64,000 nucleotides of DNA from Pavona decussata. Taxonomy: Eukaryota. The stretch is taken from the NCBI GenBank assembly GCA_977016875.1, contig CDRNST010000058.1:2914001-2978000 (forward strand), read 5' to 3'. How positions within the stretch are numbered: the stretch's first letter is position 1; every line of letters begins with the position of its first letter. Below are positions 1 through 12,217 of this stretch, piece after piece. The translations under genes and the position numbers were made by a program. The notes under the pieces are model-generated. The model had not been told where the DNA came from. It saw only the letters and a program-made list of their open reading frames with translations, and did not search any database.

Positions 1-94
1 AATGCGTTTGCTACTATTTTGTGAGTAGGCATCTGAGCTCCCGGACTATATGTTACAAACTCGTTAACTTGGGTGCGTCTCTGTCCTACTTGCA

Positions 95-419
95 GATTAA
101 TGTCGGGCCTGCATTCCTCAACAGTGAACACGGGAACTTAAAATAAAAAGAGCTTCCTTGTTGCCGGTTTCTGTGAAAAAGTCAGCAACAGATGTCACTG
201 TGAAGAGAGTGGCCATAGAAAAGCACCTCGCACACAACAAGGGTTTGCATGTAGAGTCTACAGACCATGCAGAATGGATTCCACTGTACCCAGATTTGGA
301 TGTTGTACTTTGCATCCCTGGAACCAAGGAGTGTTTTTCTGTCCAAAGGTACAAAGAGTCCATAGGCAAGCCATACAACCGCGTCAATCTATACTTGTGT
401 AGACAGAGTGATCACAAAG
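95..419 (+). pseudogene. Exon encoding a ubiquitin-like/PB1-type domain of the kind found upstream of HECT domains in G2E3-like proteins; frameshifted
   Basis: Follows the acceptor ttgcag; translates INVGP..(fs)..LPVSV..AIEKH..LYPD..IPGTKECFSVQRYKESIGKPYNRVNLYLC; ends at a gt donor near 420. Family recalled from motif pattern only. Confidence 0.4.
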
Positions 420-1014
420 GTATAAACATTAATTTAAGTTCTTTATTGTTTTTAGTAAAGTAGTGGACCAAGTTTTAACATGCTTATATATAACGTAATG
501 TAATCTGAGGCTACAAAATTAAAACAGTCCCATGTTGGGCCTTAGGTCGAGAGTGGCACAAACACTCAGTCATACCATTCAATAGTTCGGATAGCATTTG
601 TCAGTATATACTATATCTCGTCTCAGTAGATATCAGCCACTACTCCCTCCACATCACAGACTTCGGTGAATAATTGTTTATTGCATTATCACTTCTGTAC
701 TGGAAACTCAGTTTCGTGTACACTAAAGGCATAGAAGGCTCTTATTTTTCTCTCTCAGAACGTATTATGCCATATCAGCCGATAAATACCCCCTCCTTAA
801 ATCACGCGTACAAACGCTGCATGCAGTGTAGCATTACTTATGGCTATCAGTATAACAAGACGTTTAATGTTTTTTTGTTTTCGGCTAATGCGCAATGCGG
901 GTTCCTTTGGTTTCCTTTAGCTGCCCTCACAGATACCGATACAGATCAGGGAGATGCAGAAAAGGAAGAATCTGAGAAGGTTATCTCCCAAAACTAATAC
1001 TGTCTCTTGATTTT

Positions 1015-1071
1015 TACCCTGCGAACAGAGCCTCCTTTGGGAAGATCGAAGGAGGCTCTGCTTATTGGGTA
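1015..1071. mobile_element. Tiny palindromic MITE (TAC...GTA ends)
   Basis: Arms taccctgcgaacagagcctcctt / aaggaggctctgcttattgggta; flanks cttgatttt and ctttctttt match 7/9 (degenerate 9-bp TSD). Confidence 0.5.
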
Positions 1072-2049
1072 CTTTCTTTTTATTTTATGCCGTAAACCTG
1101 CCGCAATGCACTGTTCGGGACTCTTTCTGAGAAATGCAATCATAATAACCAGAGCTTAAGAATATCACAAGTAACCCACGCCATGTACAAAATGAGTGGA
1201 AGGACACATTTTTACTTGATTTTGTTTTCAACAGACTTTTTGACAGATTCTTCCCGTGACGTATTCCTCAATCTTAAGATGCCAGAATTCAGCAGACAGC
1301 TGGGAGCCAGCAAGCCTCCTTCTGTAGCGAGTTCCACAGTTACAACACGTACTGCGAGGTTATTGACTTATCAGACGACGAACTTGATTTGCAGAACGCC
1401 ATCTTTCAGTCTTGAACTTCAGCTGCTGTCATCATCATGATCATCGAAGAAGAAAGGTTTGTCCTGCCAAGTCGACTTGTTCTTTCCATGTGTAAAGTAG
1501 CAAATAATTACCATTACCTTAAAGAGCCCAAGAACGATTTTCGTGATGACCATTGTTTGTTTGCCTAACAGTGCTGAAAACAAGCAAAAAACATTTAACT
1601 CACACACTTAGCGGGGGAAGGGTGTCAAACTACGCGAAAAGTATTGGAGAACACCTTCACTGAAGCGCAAAGTTATCTTTGTGTGAATTTGTAAACCGAC
1701 ACCACAGCCACTTCGTTTGAAAGTTTTACAGACATAAAGACACAGAACTTGAAAAGTTTAGCCTTATTTTTGCAAGTTGTATGTAATCCATTTACATCCT
1801 TGTCATCCACGGGTGTCAACAGTTGTTAACAGTTGCAGTTTAATTAGTGCATGCGACCGATATTGCGGTAGTAGTGTAACCTGTTTTTGCGGTATTTTAC
1901 ATGTAATTGATTCTAGTCATTGTTTCTCAAAAATAGGGAATTACTTGAAACAGTATAAACCAGATTTCAAAATGAGAAAGTGGGAGACGATGATGACTTC
2001 CAAATCATTAGAGTCAGAAGGAAGCAACTCTGGGTGGACTGTGTCAGAT

Positions 2050-5000
2050 CGATAACAAGACCTGGATTTAGATGCAATTCCTGCTTAAAAGTGCATTTCA
2101 TCGGCGAGCAAGCAGAGGATCTTGAAAGAGGAGGATATTAGTGACGAAAGCGGGGAAATTGTTTTCAAAATGTAGGATGCGAGTGTCGTGGATGAAAATG
2201 TCTCGCCCCTCACCTCTACGGCGGTGGACTCCGGTTCGAACTTGGATGCTATTATGAAAGTACTTCAGTCCATACAGAAACAAAACCAAGTGAACTTCAA
2301 CTAGAACTGTCCCAATGTTTCAAAGAACTAGGTACTCGTTTGAATAATGAAGCATCGCAACTGGAAACTGAGCTCAAGTTACACGGAGATAAATTGACTG
2401 TGAAAATAAATGCTTTGGAAAAAGATTTCGTAAACAAGGTGGTATTCCTTGACTCGAAACATTCCTTCGAAGAAGATGTTAAGGAAAGGCTCAAACAGAC
2501 ACAAGAGGAGTTCGAGTCCCAGCTAAAGATTTTCAGTGAGAAACTGAGCAAAACGCTGGATACGGCGAACAACAAATGCATGTTAAAGTAGAAAGTTTCA
2601 CGCCTTTGAAAGCAAGCCTTTCATCTGAAGTCTCCAAGTTGTCAACGCCTCTCTTAGTATCCAGTGGAGATCCTGAACAAAAATGGCCGGTTCAAAAACC
2701 ACTTCGTTTGACGGCAAATCACAGTAGAACCATACATTGCTCAGTTCAAAATTGTCGCTGGAATGAATCAATGGAATGACGAGCAAAAGGGTAATTACCT
2801 TGCGATAAGCCTGAAAGGTTCTACCTTGAGTCTACTGGGAAATCTTCCATCAGATACCCGTCAAGACTATAAGGAGTTGGTTGCAGCTCTCGAGAGCAGA
2901 TTTGGTTTGGCGCACCAGCAAGAACTGCATCGTTCCAAGTTTAAAAGTAGATTGAAACGGCGTGACAAATCACTACAAGAGCCAGCCAAGGATTTAGAGC
3001 GCTTGGCTAGGCTGGCTTACCCTCTTGTGCCAGAAGAAATGAAGGATCTACTGGCCAAGGAGCAATTTATTGATGCTATCCTGGATGGAGATACCAGACT
3101 ACAATTGAAGCAAAGGCGCCATCAGTCCTTTTGAGCAGTTCTCACCTTGGCTATGGAGTTAGAATCTTACCGGCTAGCATCTCACCAATGGGACTTTCAG
3201 GCTCGTGGAGTGAACTGTGACACACCAGAAGGGTCTTCAACTGAGAAGCCTGGTCTCGGAGAATGCCGGCAGGATGATATACTGGCACAAGTCAAAGGGC
3301 TGCTTGCTGAAGTGATCTCCTCCCAGGGTCGCGGTCAGCCTTATCAAGGGGATCCGGATACCAGGCCACAGTGTTGGGGTTGTGGAAAGAGAGAACATAT
3401 TAAACGAAACTGTTGGAACCCTGGCGGGAACTGGTCAAGAGATGTGCAGATGCAGGGCAACTCTAAAACTCCTTTAAACTAAGACAGGCCGGCCTTGAGG
3501 GGGAAAGGCCAGCCCAGCAAACAGTCAATTCAACCCCACTAGTTATGGTGATGACTGGACGGTTGTCCCACAAGGTGGGCAGCCTCACAGTAAATGGAAA
3601 CATTGATGGTGTGATCTGTCCTATGGTCGTTGACACAGGAGCTATTGTCACAGTAGTCCGACCAGATGTACTGAGCAAGAGTACAATTTCTCGCTTACAG
3701 GGTGCCATGAGTGTACTTAAAACTGCGACAGGGGACACAGCGAATGTTGCTGGTAGACTATGGCTCAGGATAAAGATTGGAGGCACAAAAGTCTCCCATG
3801 AAACACTAGTTGCAGAAATTTCCGACAAGTTCATACTCGGCCCGGACTTCTTGATGGCACATGGTTGATGCTGGAGCAGGAAGCCTGCGTATCGGAGTAA
3901 AACGTGAAAACGAGATCGCCACTTCAGCTGTACAATGTTGGAGACCCCATGCAGCGTGTTGCTATAGATGTCTTAGGACCCTTGCCAGAAATGGAAAGCG
4001 GAAACAAGTGCATCTTGATTGCTATGGATTACTTCAGTACATGGCTTGAGCCGTACCCACTACCAAATCAGGAAGCCACACTGTTGCCAATGTTGCAGTG
4101 TCTCAATTATTCAGTAGGTTTGAGGTGCCAGCCAAGCTCCATTCTGATCAAGGACGAAATTTTGAGTCTCCTGTCTTTGAGGAGGTCTGCACCTTGCATG
4201 GGATCCATAAGACACGGACAACCGCCCTGCATCCTCAGTCGGATGGCATGGCTGAACGTTACAACAGAACTCTAGAGAATCAACAGGCCACATTTGTTCA
4301 GGATCATCAGAAAGACTGGCACTTGCATTTACCACTACTTCTGATGTCATACTGTTGGCCGTGCACAAGACGACAAAGCTTACGTCTGCAATGCTCCTGT
4401 TTGGGCGGGAATTGCGTGTCCCCTTGGATCTGCTTTTGGGGTGGCCGCAAGCTGATATTGAGGAACAAAGTTATCTCGAGTATGGGGAGAGATTGCGAGC
4501 ATAAATAGCAACTGTTCACAACTTTCCAGGAGACCAACAGCAGGCCGGTAGCCAACGAATAAAGAGACGATACGACATCCGCAGTGAAGCTTTTACTTTC
4601 AGTAAGGGTGGACTTGTGTGGTTGTACAACCCTCAACACAAGACAGACAAATCTCCAAAGCTGAGCAGGCCATGGGAAGGGCCATATGCTATCGTAGATC
4701 TCCTAAATAATGTTGTGTACAGGATTCAGCTTGGCCCTCGGGCAAAGCCTAAGGTTGTGCACAGAGATAGGCTTTGGCAGTACTGCGGAGATGTGCTTCA
4801 ATGAACCACCTGAAGGATAGGGTGCCAATTTACCTGAAGGAGCATCTACCCATCAGGAGGCACTCACTAAAAGACACCACTAGGAGCAACGCAGCATCCT
4901 GTCGTACGCGAAGAAGGCGTAACCCCCCCCCCCCCCAATTCAGAGGAATGACAACGTTAGGCGTTCAGACAGGAGTCGGAGAAGACCCCTCCTCAGACAT

Positions 5001-5134
5001 AGTGACTTTGTGGCAAGATGAGAGATGTGGTCGTGTGAGCAGAGCAGATTGTAAGAGTGTGTTGCTCGCGGACGATATTAAAACTGAATTAAGTGTTCCT
5101 CGCATTGTGTTAGCAAACCCAGGGTACGGTAACA
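2050..5134 (+). mobile_element. Degenerate Ty3/Gypsy LTR retrotransposon: gag, protease and integrase; RT/RNaseH absent
   Basis: Gag ORFs 2763-3482 with zinc knuckle CWGCGKREHIKRNC; protease VVDTGA (3545-3868); integrase RVAIDVLGPLP, HSDQGRNFES, HPQSDGMAERYNRTL and GPY/F motif WEGPY (3904-4804); many stops and frameshifts; only a partial 3' LTR candidate ending ...gtaaca. Confidence 0.85.
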
Positions 5135-5237
5135 GTATTACCTAGTGCACCCATATTGAGCAGGGAAGAAATATATAAAAACCTTTAGTTATAAGATTCT
5201 TCCAGCTCGATGTTATACAAAAACATGCAAAAGCAGA

Positions 5238-5777
5238 AGGGGTATCGAATGGTCCCATTTAATTTAAAAGTGCTCGCAAACTTTGGCCTTTACTCGAATT
5301 GCTCACAAAAATTACACGGGTGCTCGCTTGCTCGTGCTCGCAAAATTTTTGCAACTGCTCGCATTCTCGTTAACATGTGCTCGATTGCTCGAAATTTCGT
5401 TAATCCTCTTTTGTAGTTATTTTTTATACATATATAAACGATAAATCAGTTATGATAGGGATAAAACAAAAAGGTTTAAACATCCTTACCTCTGACTTCA
5501 GTCTCACTTTAACAGTTCAGCCTGTAACTATTGTTCTGTTTTGGAGGTTTCAGCCAGATTATTAGCTATTACTCGGCGCAAAACATTTATCCTATTAATA
5601 AAAGAGAGATTCCGGCTAGCAGAAAATTTACGAAGTACTCGAAGTGCTCGCTTCTCTCCATCTGTATTTTTCTAAAGTGCTTGCTGCTCTCGCTGCTCGC
5701 AAGAAAATTGACAACTGCTCGTGCTCGCAAAAATAAACACACTGCTCGCATGCTTGCAAAGACCATTCGATACCCCT
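5238..5777. mobile_element. MITE / non-autonomous DNA transposon with 17-bp perfect TIR and 6-bp TSD
   Basis: aggggtatcgaatggtc (5238-5254) is the exact reverse complement of 5761-5777; agcaga on both flanks; many subterminal TGCTCG motifs. Confidence 0.85.
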
Positions 5778-7400
5778 AGCAGACTGGCCCATATATTCGA
5801 CAACTCCTACTGGTTCTTGCTTTCCTTCTTGTTCAGACTAGCTGTAATGGTTAAAAAGGTATAAAGCATTCAGCAATGTATAAATATAAGCTTATTAAAC
5901 AAATCGTCAAATTCTAGTGAGGCTCTGAGCTAACCTTGATGCTTGGTGGACTGTTTGATGCAGTGGATACTCTGCAAAGACAGAGTTCGTTACTTTGGCG
6001 AATCCAACACTTTTCTTCTGTGCATTCCACAGTTAAAATACAGATGATCTTATCCTGATATAACAGGCACGACCAGACAAACGTTGCCTCCCTTTACGCA
6101 AAGGTAGAGCCGAAACGGTCAAAGCTTACTACAAGCTCGTATTCTTCTCTGAACAGAGATTGCACTTCAACAAAAACAACAAATTCAACACAAAAAATGG
6201 AACAACGAAACCCTTTAGTCAAAGAACCATACAACCAAGCACCATAAACACCTGATGGAAATGGATTGCTACAGATTCACTTATTTTTCGAATAAAGTTA
6301 ACGTGCGTAATTACCAGTGTTTCAAAATAAGCAAGAAGTACCCAACCGAGAAAAATCTTGATACATTTAACCAAAAAATTAGTGATCTCATGGCCATGTT
6401 AATGTAATGTAAATACCTCTATTTAAAGTGCATGAGATGTTGACCGATTTTTTGGTGTTGCATTTGTAAAAAATTCTGGAGCATCATTAATCTCTCCGCT
6501 AGTATGATGTACATACACCGCATTAAGTAGACACCCTTTATTAAGCGAGAGTCACCTGCAGTTTCCATAATTTATTTCCCTTAGTTAATGTAAATACCTC
6601 TATTTAGTGTATGGTAACCTACGTTTAAGCAGACACCCTGTCTTGAACAAGCAATACAGAACATTCCCTGTGGGTGTCAACTAAATGTAGGTTAATGAGC
6701 TGCATGTAGTTTGCTCTTCTTTTGGATGTTATTTTATTTCTTACTGAGATCTAATGATTTCTTGATTAAATCTGTCTTACTTAAGCATTGTTCATTAACA
6801 AATTATCGAGCCCTAACTGTTCTATGCTGAGCAGCTTGCTTTTACATTAGTGTTTAATGGTTCATATATTTACACTGGGTTGGACAAAGGAAATAATGCG
6901 TTTATTACAAGTAAAGTTGAAATTTGTCAAAATTATCTTTTTCGGGATTTTTTCTCGTCTAGCCATCATCCTTTTCGAAAGACAAGATCCCCAGCTGCCT
7001 AGCCAGATCATGGCTACTAAAAGAGAAGCTCTAGATCTGGCTGCCAAACATGCCAGCACTGCGTTGTTGGATGCCATGTGCTTGGTGGGGCAGTTTTTAA
7101 GCGAAACATCTTTGGAAGAAGGTACCACCATTTCCAATAGAATTGAGGAAATGTTTCCTGGCAGAATAAGGAGTCCGGAAATTTATTTTAAAAGTTATGT
7201 TGCTCACCAGTGAGTTAAGTTATACACGACTTTCATAATGGCCGACGGCGCGGGGGACTGGTAATTCCTTTTGCATGAATACGAGGTCAGTAGGGCCATG
7301 CTAGCTTGCGCCACTTGAGTAGTTGTGAACAAATCAAAAGGTCAAGAGGTTTCGCTCGCTTTATTTCGATCAATTACTGCGAAGAATAGAATATTTTAAA

Positions 7401-8652
7401 ATGCCAATGAACTGTTGTGTTCGAGAATGCCTAAAGAAGGTTTACCTCGGTGAGAATGGTGAGAAAATCTTGTTCTTTAAATTTTCGACTGAAAACCCTG
7501 ATAAGAAAAGGTGGCTTCATGCGATAAGAAGAGAAGAAGGAAGGCACTTAAGAGTAACAAAATTCACAAAGATATCCTCCAGACATTTCAGGATGGGTGA
7601 CATCAGAAAAACTCTCGGAGGGTAGATAATTTCCTATTAAGGTCGTCATTTTGCCGTTGCATATCTTGCAATTGACGCTTAAGTTCCTCAATTTCCTGTT
7701 TCATTTCTTGAATCATTTTATTATTGTTGTCAATAATTTTTGTCAAGTAAACCCTGTGGCGGGGAATTCTGTTTGGGTTTCGCCATCTTGAGTTGTTGAG
7801 CCACTGTTCGTTTCAAAATCCGAAACACTCACTGGTAATTCATTTGCTGGTTCCTCTGCAGACACAACTGAAGCATTTAAGTTACGAGCTGCACTGCTTG
7901 AAGCTGCTAAACCATTGAAGTTTCTCAGTGTCGGTTCCTTTCTCTTGCGAGGCGATGTTCAAATCCATGGAAAAACCGAAGGCACAACTCCTTCTTTAAC
8001 TTGAGTAGTGAGTAGAATATTTATCACTTGGATTAACTTTATGTACTTTAAATTTGGTCACATTAACATTTGGCCCAGTAGAGAGGTAGTTAATAGAACA
8101 ATGCCAGAAGCATTCGAAAGCAAATACAAATCTACCAGAGTTATTATTGATTGTACTGAAGAGAAATGTCAGATGCCAAGCAGCTTACAATTAAATGGAG
8201 AACTCTTCAGTAGCTTCAAAAATCATATAACATTGAAGGGTCTGGTTGGCATTTCTCCTGGGGGTACAATAACATTTATCAGCCGGCTTTACACTGGATC
8301 TGTGTCTGATAGAGAAATCGTCAAGAGAAGTGGGTTTTCAGATCTGCCTTTTGATGACAAGGACTCTGTTATGGCAGATAAAGGATTTACAATTGAAGAT
8401 TTGCTGCCATTAGGGATCTCGTTAAATTTGCCGCCCTTCTTAGGAGGATCAAGTCAAATGCCTGCGGAAGATGTGGTAAAAACTCAAGAAATCGTCAGCT
8501 TGAGGATTTACATTGAGCGTGCAATAAACAAGATAAAAAATTTCCATGTCTGGGACAAAGTGATACCCCTTCATCAGATTCCACTGGCTAACCAGATGTG
8601 GTCGGTATGTGCATTCTGTTGTAATGCACAACCAAACATAATATTTGCATAA
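7401..8652 (+). pseudogene. THAP + DDE_Tnp_4 transposase, disrupted by an inversion/deletion
   Basis: THAP start MPMNCCVREC..FFKF..W..AIRR..SRHF (7401-7625); DDE core IIDCTE, MADKGF, RIYIERAI (8008-8652). Confidence 0.85.
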
Positions 8653-9445
8653 TAACTGTTTCAGGTGTCATTTGATGAGTAGTAACCTGTTGTATTCTTG
8701 CTTTTCACATGACGTTTTAAAAATTCAAAAATCTAAAGTATACGCCTTATAAGCCAAGACAATGGAGCTTATGGCAAATGCAATATTTTTGGATTTGATT
8801 TTTAGTGTAATTATAACACTTTGAATTTTTGGCTGCCATGTTTGTGTCCCTGAGTGGGGCACAAAGATGGCCACTTCATACATTTTAAATCAAAAATGCC
8901 TTATATTCGTTTGCCTACAACACTTAAATGAAATGCTTTTACACTTCAAACTTTGGTCAAGATGTGTAGTTTTAAACTCTCTACAATTCCATAAACATTT
9001 TGGAATCAAAATCTATTGGTTGTTGCTTCTAAATTTTGATATGACGGAAGTGAAAACCAAGAATTGAGGGGGGGGGGGGGGGGGCTCTTCCGCCATACAG
9101 GAAAATAAAAATAGTAACAAAAACTATTTACATCAGGATAGTAATAATAATAACTATTTACATTAGGATGTTAAAATAGAGAGAAAAATATTACAATAGT
9201 AACCAAAAAAAAAAGATCTAAAGCCAAAGATTTTGAAGGAAAATTATCAGCTGAACTGGACATTCTGGAGGGAGGGATGAGGGGGTTCAATGCTCCTACC
9301 CTCCCAAAATATTTCATGGTGGGAGAGAGTAGCATGGATAATTTCTGGAACATCAAATAGGATGTCAAGTGCTTTTCTGGACCACTGGTCAAATACCTCA
9401 ATACTTGAACATATTGATATTAGTCTTGGAGTTCTGTGACTGAAA

Positions 9446-11382
9446 TTATACAGTTGTACTTGTACAAATTACCTGGCAATCATTGCTGTTATTTACTTGA
9501 CAGTTACCCTGACAAAGTTCCGCAGATGCAAACTTTATGAAATGAATAAAGTAATAAGAAACCAATTTCTGGTTAAGTTCAGCCCAAACAATAGGGTCAA
9601 ATGTAATTCTTTGTACATAAAGGCCTCTACTGGTGTATACAATAAAGTCACACCACCTTGCTCCTGTCACAGCCATTTGTCCTTGTACTTGGGCATAGTA
9701 TGGGTGGTCTACTTGTTTTTTCCATAACAAACTTTGCATCTGAGCAAGCATCCAAAGGTGTGACATGGTGCTTAGTGTACGGGCATTTTGCCTCGGCAAT
9801 TTCGAAGTGGTAAGTGCAGCCAAAGTCGACAACTCTTGCATCAGGGGTGGCTCCAATAACTGGACTTGAAACAATAGATCCACTTGGTAGGACCTTTTCT
9901 GGTGTCCTTCTGTTGCACATTAATTTTTCATACTCCCTCAGAGCAACTGGTTCAAATTTTTTATCCATGCTCTAAATATTTGGAAGTAACTGATGTTGGA
10001 TTAATTAGAGTTTCTGAAAAATTTTTGATTTCTTTTGCGTTTAGAAATCAATTGAAACTTTGATGCAGTGAATCTAAATTTGCGTTCCTCTCTCCATTTA
10101 TCAGACTCAGCTTGATCCCTGGTCTCCATCTCTATTTGATTTATTTCGTCTCGTCCTCAGACAAATTGCCAGGAACTACCATTTCTTCAATATTTCTCAA
10201 TGAAAACCGTGGATACAGAATGGTCTGATTGCTTGTTAATTGAATCCTTGAAATGCAGTCGACAGATGCAATGGCCTCAAAGTTTGATTCAGAGAGTGCC
10301 ACTTGGTATGATAAAAAGGAACCAACTTGACATTTTCCAAATCTTGTTTCTTTGTAGCCATTATGATTGGTTGGGACACCCTGTCCACTAGCCATTTGGG
10401 ACAGACCCATGTTGGGATTGATTATGTTCAGTTCCCTCTTAAACTCCTTTTCTTTTGCCTCGTTATGGGTGGTCTTCATCCTGGCATCATAAAGGAGGGG
10501 TTGAAGACCAGATCGTGATCTGGATTCGTTGACCTTTGTTTTATTGACCTCAACTTCCATAATCGGCTGTGGTGCAATGTTCTTTCCCCCACCTTTCTTG
10601 TGCCATTGCTGTAACTGTGATGTACAAGCCAAGGAAGATTGTTGGTTCTTCTCTTCAAAAAGTTAACAGAATTACAGTTATACAAGGTAAACTTGCACAT
10701 CTTAAACATGAGCGCCAACACATGGTTACAAAACCCGACTTTTCCTGCTACAGAAGAACAGCAGGCCCTTTTAACCTCTCCAGTGACAATACATACCGGT
10801 AGGCACATTTTCAGATTATGTGGGGGTTCACTCTTTCTGAAACTACGACAACACTTGCCTTTGAAGAAAAAGTGCTTCGAATTACTAGCACCTTCAATCT
10901 CTTCAAGATATTCGTCGTCTAGAAAACGTCTGGCCTTTATTAAACCCATTGGAATAGTGTGATGGTCTTTGTTGGCAATAGCTTTTCCACAAAACTATTT
11001 ATTTCCACCCTCGTGAACACTGGCATTTCACTAGCAAAGATCCCCAACCAGTGCTAGGAAACTCTACCGATTCTTCACCGTCGTTGCTGAGATCGCTACT
11101 TGTACTCCGCTTCTCTTTCCAGCGGCTGTATATTTTGTGTGGGTCTGAATCCACGATCTCCTTGTCTTTGCCCGTTTTGATGTAGTCATTAACCCTTTTG
11201 ACTAGCACTGCTTTTGTTTTCAATCCTTTCTCTGTGTCACCGGGGCACTTCAGCCAAAATTTATGTTCCGCGTTTGACAGCTCTTCAGGCTTTCGCCCAA
11301 GGAAGGAAGCACCAGGAATATCATTTTCAGTAAGAATAATCGCATTTGAAAAAGAAATCGTAGCCATAGAGGACGCTGTCAA
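9446..11382 (-). pseudogene. SWIM zinc finger + YqaJ (lambda-exonuclease-like) accessory protein of ISL2EU, frameshifted
   Basis: CCSSVAGKVGFCNHVLAL (SWIM-like), ACTSQLQQWH, IGATPDARV, EAKCPY, HPYYAQVQGQMAVTGARWCDFIVYT across successive minus-strand ORFs. Confidence 0.85.
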
Positions 11383-12217
11383 AGGACGCTATCGTATCGA
11401 TAAAGCGACGCGACGCTCTGGACCTATTGACCTTGTTTCCATGCAACTCACCCCAGCCCTTGAGTGTGATCCGCCATTATGATAGTCGTGTATACCACCT
11501 GAAAATGGTGCTTTCACCCATATTGCCCTATTTGATAATTCCCCTTCACTATTACTACAATTTAGCATATTATTGTTTAAATTTACCTTGGAATAAAATA
11601 TGCTCATAAAGAAGCAAACACTGTCCCTAGCAGTGCAGTTTGTATGGCTGTTACATAAAATTTATGTGCATGCACACATTACAGCTGAAAACAAGCAAAT
11701 GTATTTTACTTGAAAGAAATATGATGGCTTGGGTAAGGGTACCGAAGTAATTAAAATAATAGCTTTGTTGTGTTTAATTAAAATCATATTCCAATTTGAA
11801 CAAGTGCACCTTCCAAATGTCTTCGCAATAATTGACACTAATTAATGTTCATTTGTGTACCATTAATTAATGTAACAGGTCATGAAACTAGCTGACCTTT
11901 TTGAGGACATTGAGGCCGTGCGGGAGTATATTAACAACAAAGTCGCCCCTTTCATTGCTGATAAATGCAACGAGCGCTCTTGGGTAGTATACATCAAGAA
12001 AACTTCTTAGCTTGTAGTATTTTCAATACAAAGTGTGGATTGCGATCGCAAATAACTAAGTGCTTTTGGCAATGGATAAATCGTCTTTCGGGAGCATAAC
12101 ATTCATGGGCGATGATCGTACCAAGGTAAGTACCAATAAGACATGTGGGTGTGTTTTTGTTTCCACTGAACTTAAAAGCTAAGGATTTCTTTGTCTGTAG
12201 TCTTGTAGTGTGGCCTC

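Larger units (their letters stand above)
7224..11491 (+). mobile_element. ISL2EU-type (PIF/Harbinger-related) DNA transposon with both ends, internally decayed
   Basis: TIRs acacgac(t/a)..cataatggc at 7224 and 11491; AT duplication consistent with the empty paralogous site agtcataccacc; convergent THAP/DDE_Tnp_4 and YqaJ genes, the known ISL2EU gene content. Confidence 0.85.
6521..11960 (+). repeat. Dispersed copy of the unidentified 'MATKR' exon unit (6521-7223 plus 11492-11960), split by the ISL2EU element
   Basis: Colinear with 36891-37760, 46597-47390 and 47517-48690; exon translates QIMATKREALDLAAKHASTALLDAMCLVGQFLSETSLEE..FPGRIRSPEIY. Confidence 0.85.

Noticed and set aside
3545-4804. 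Gmr1-like PR-IN-RT domain order
   Set aside because: No RT downstream and the integrase zinc finger is missing; a deletion is the simpler explanation.
5270-5760. CRISPR-like array (also 34390-34860)
   Set aside because: Motifs are short, irregularly spaced, without unique spacers or cas genes; eukaryotic context.
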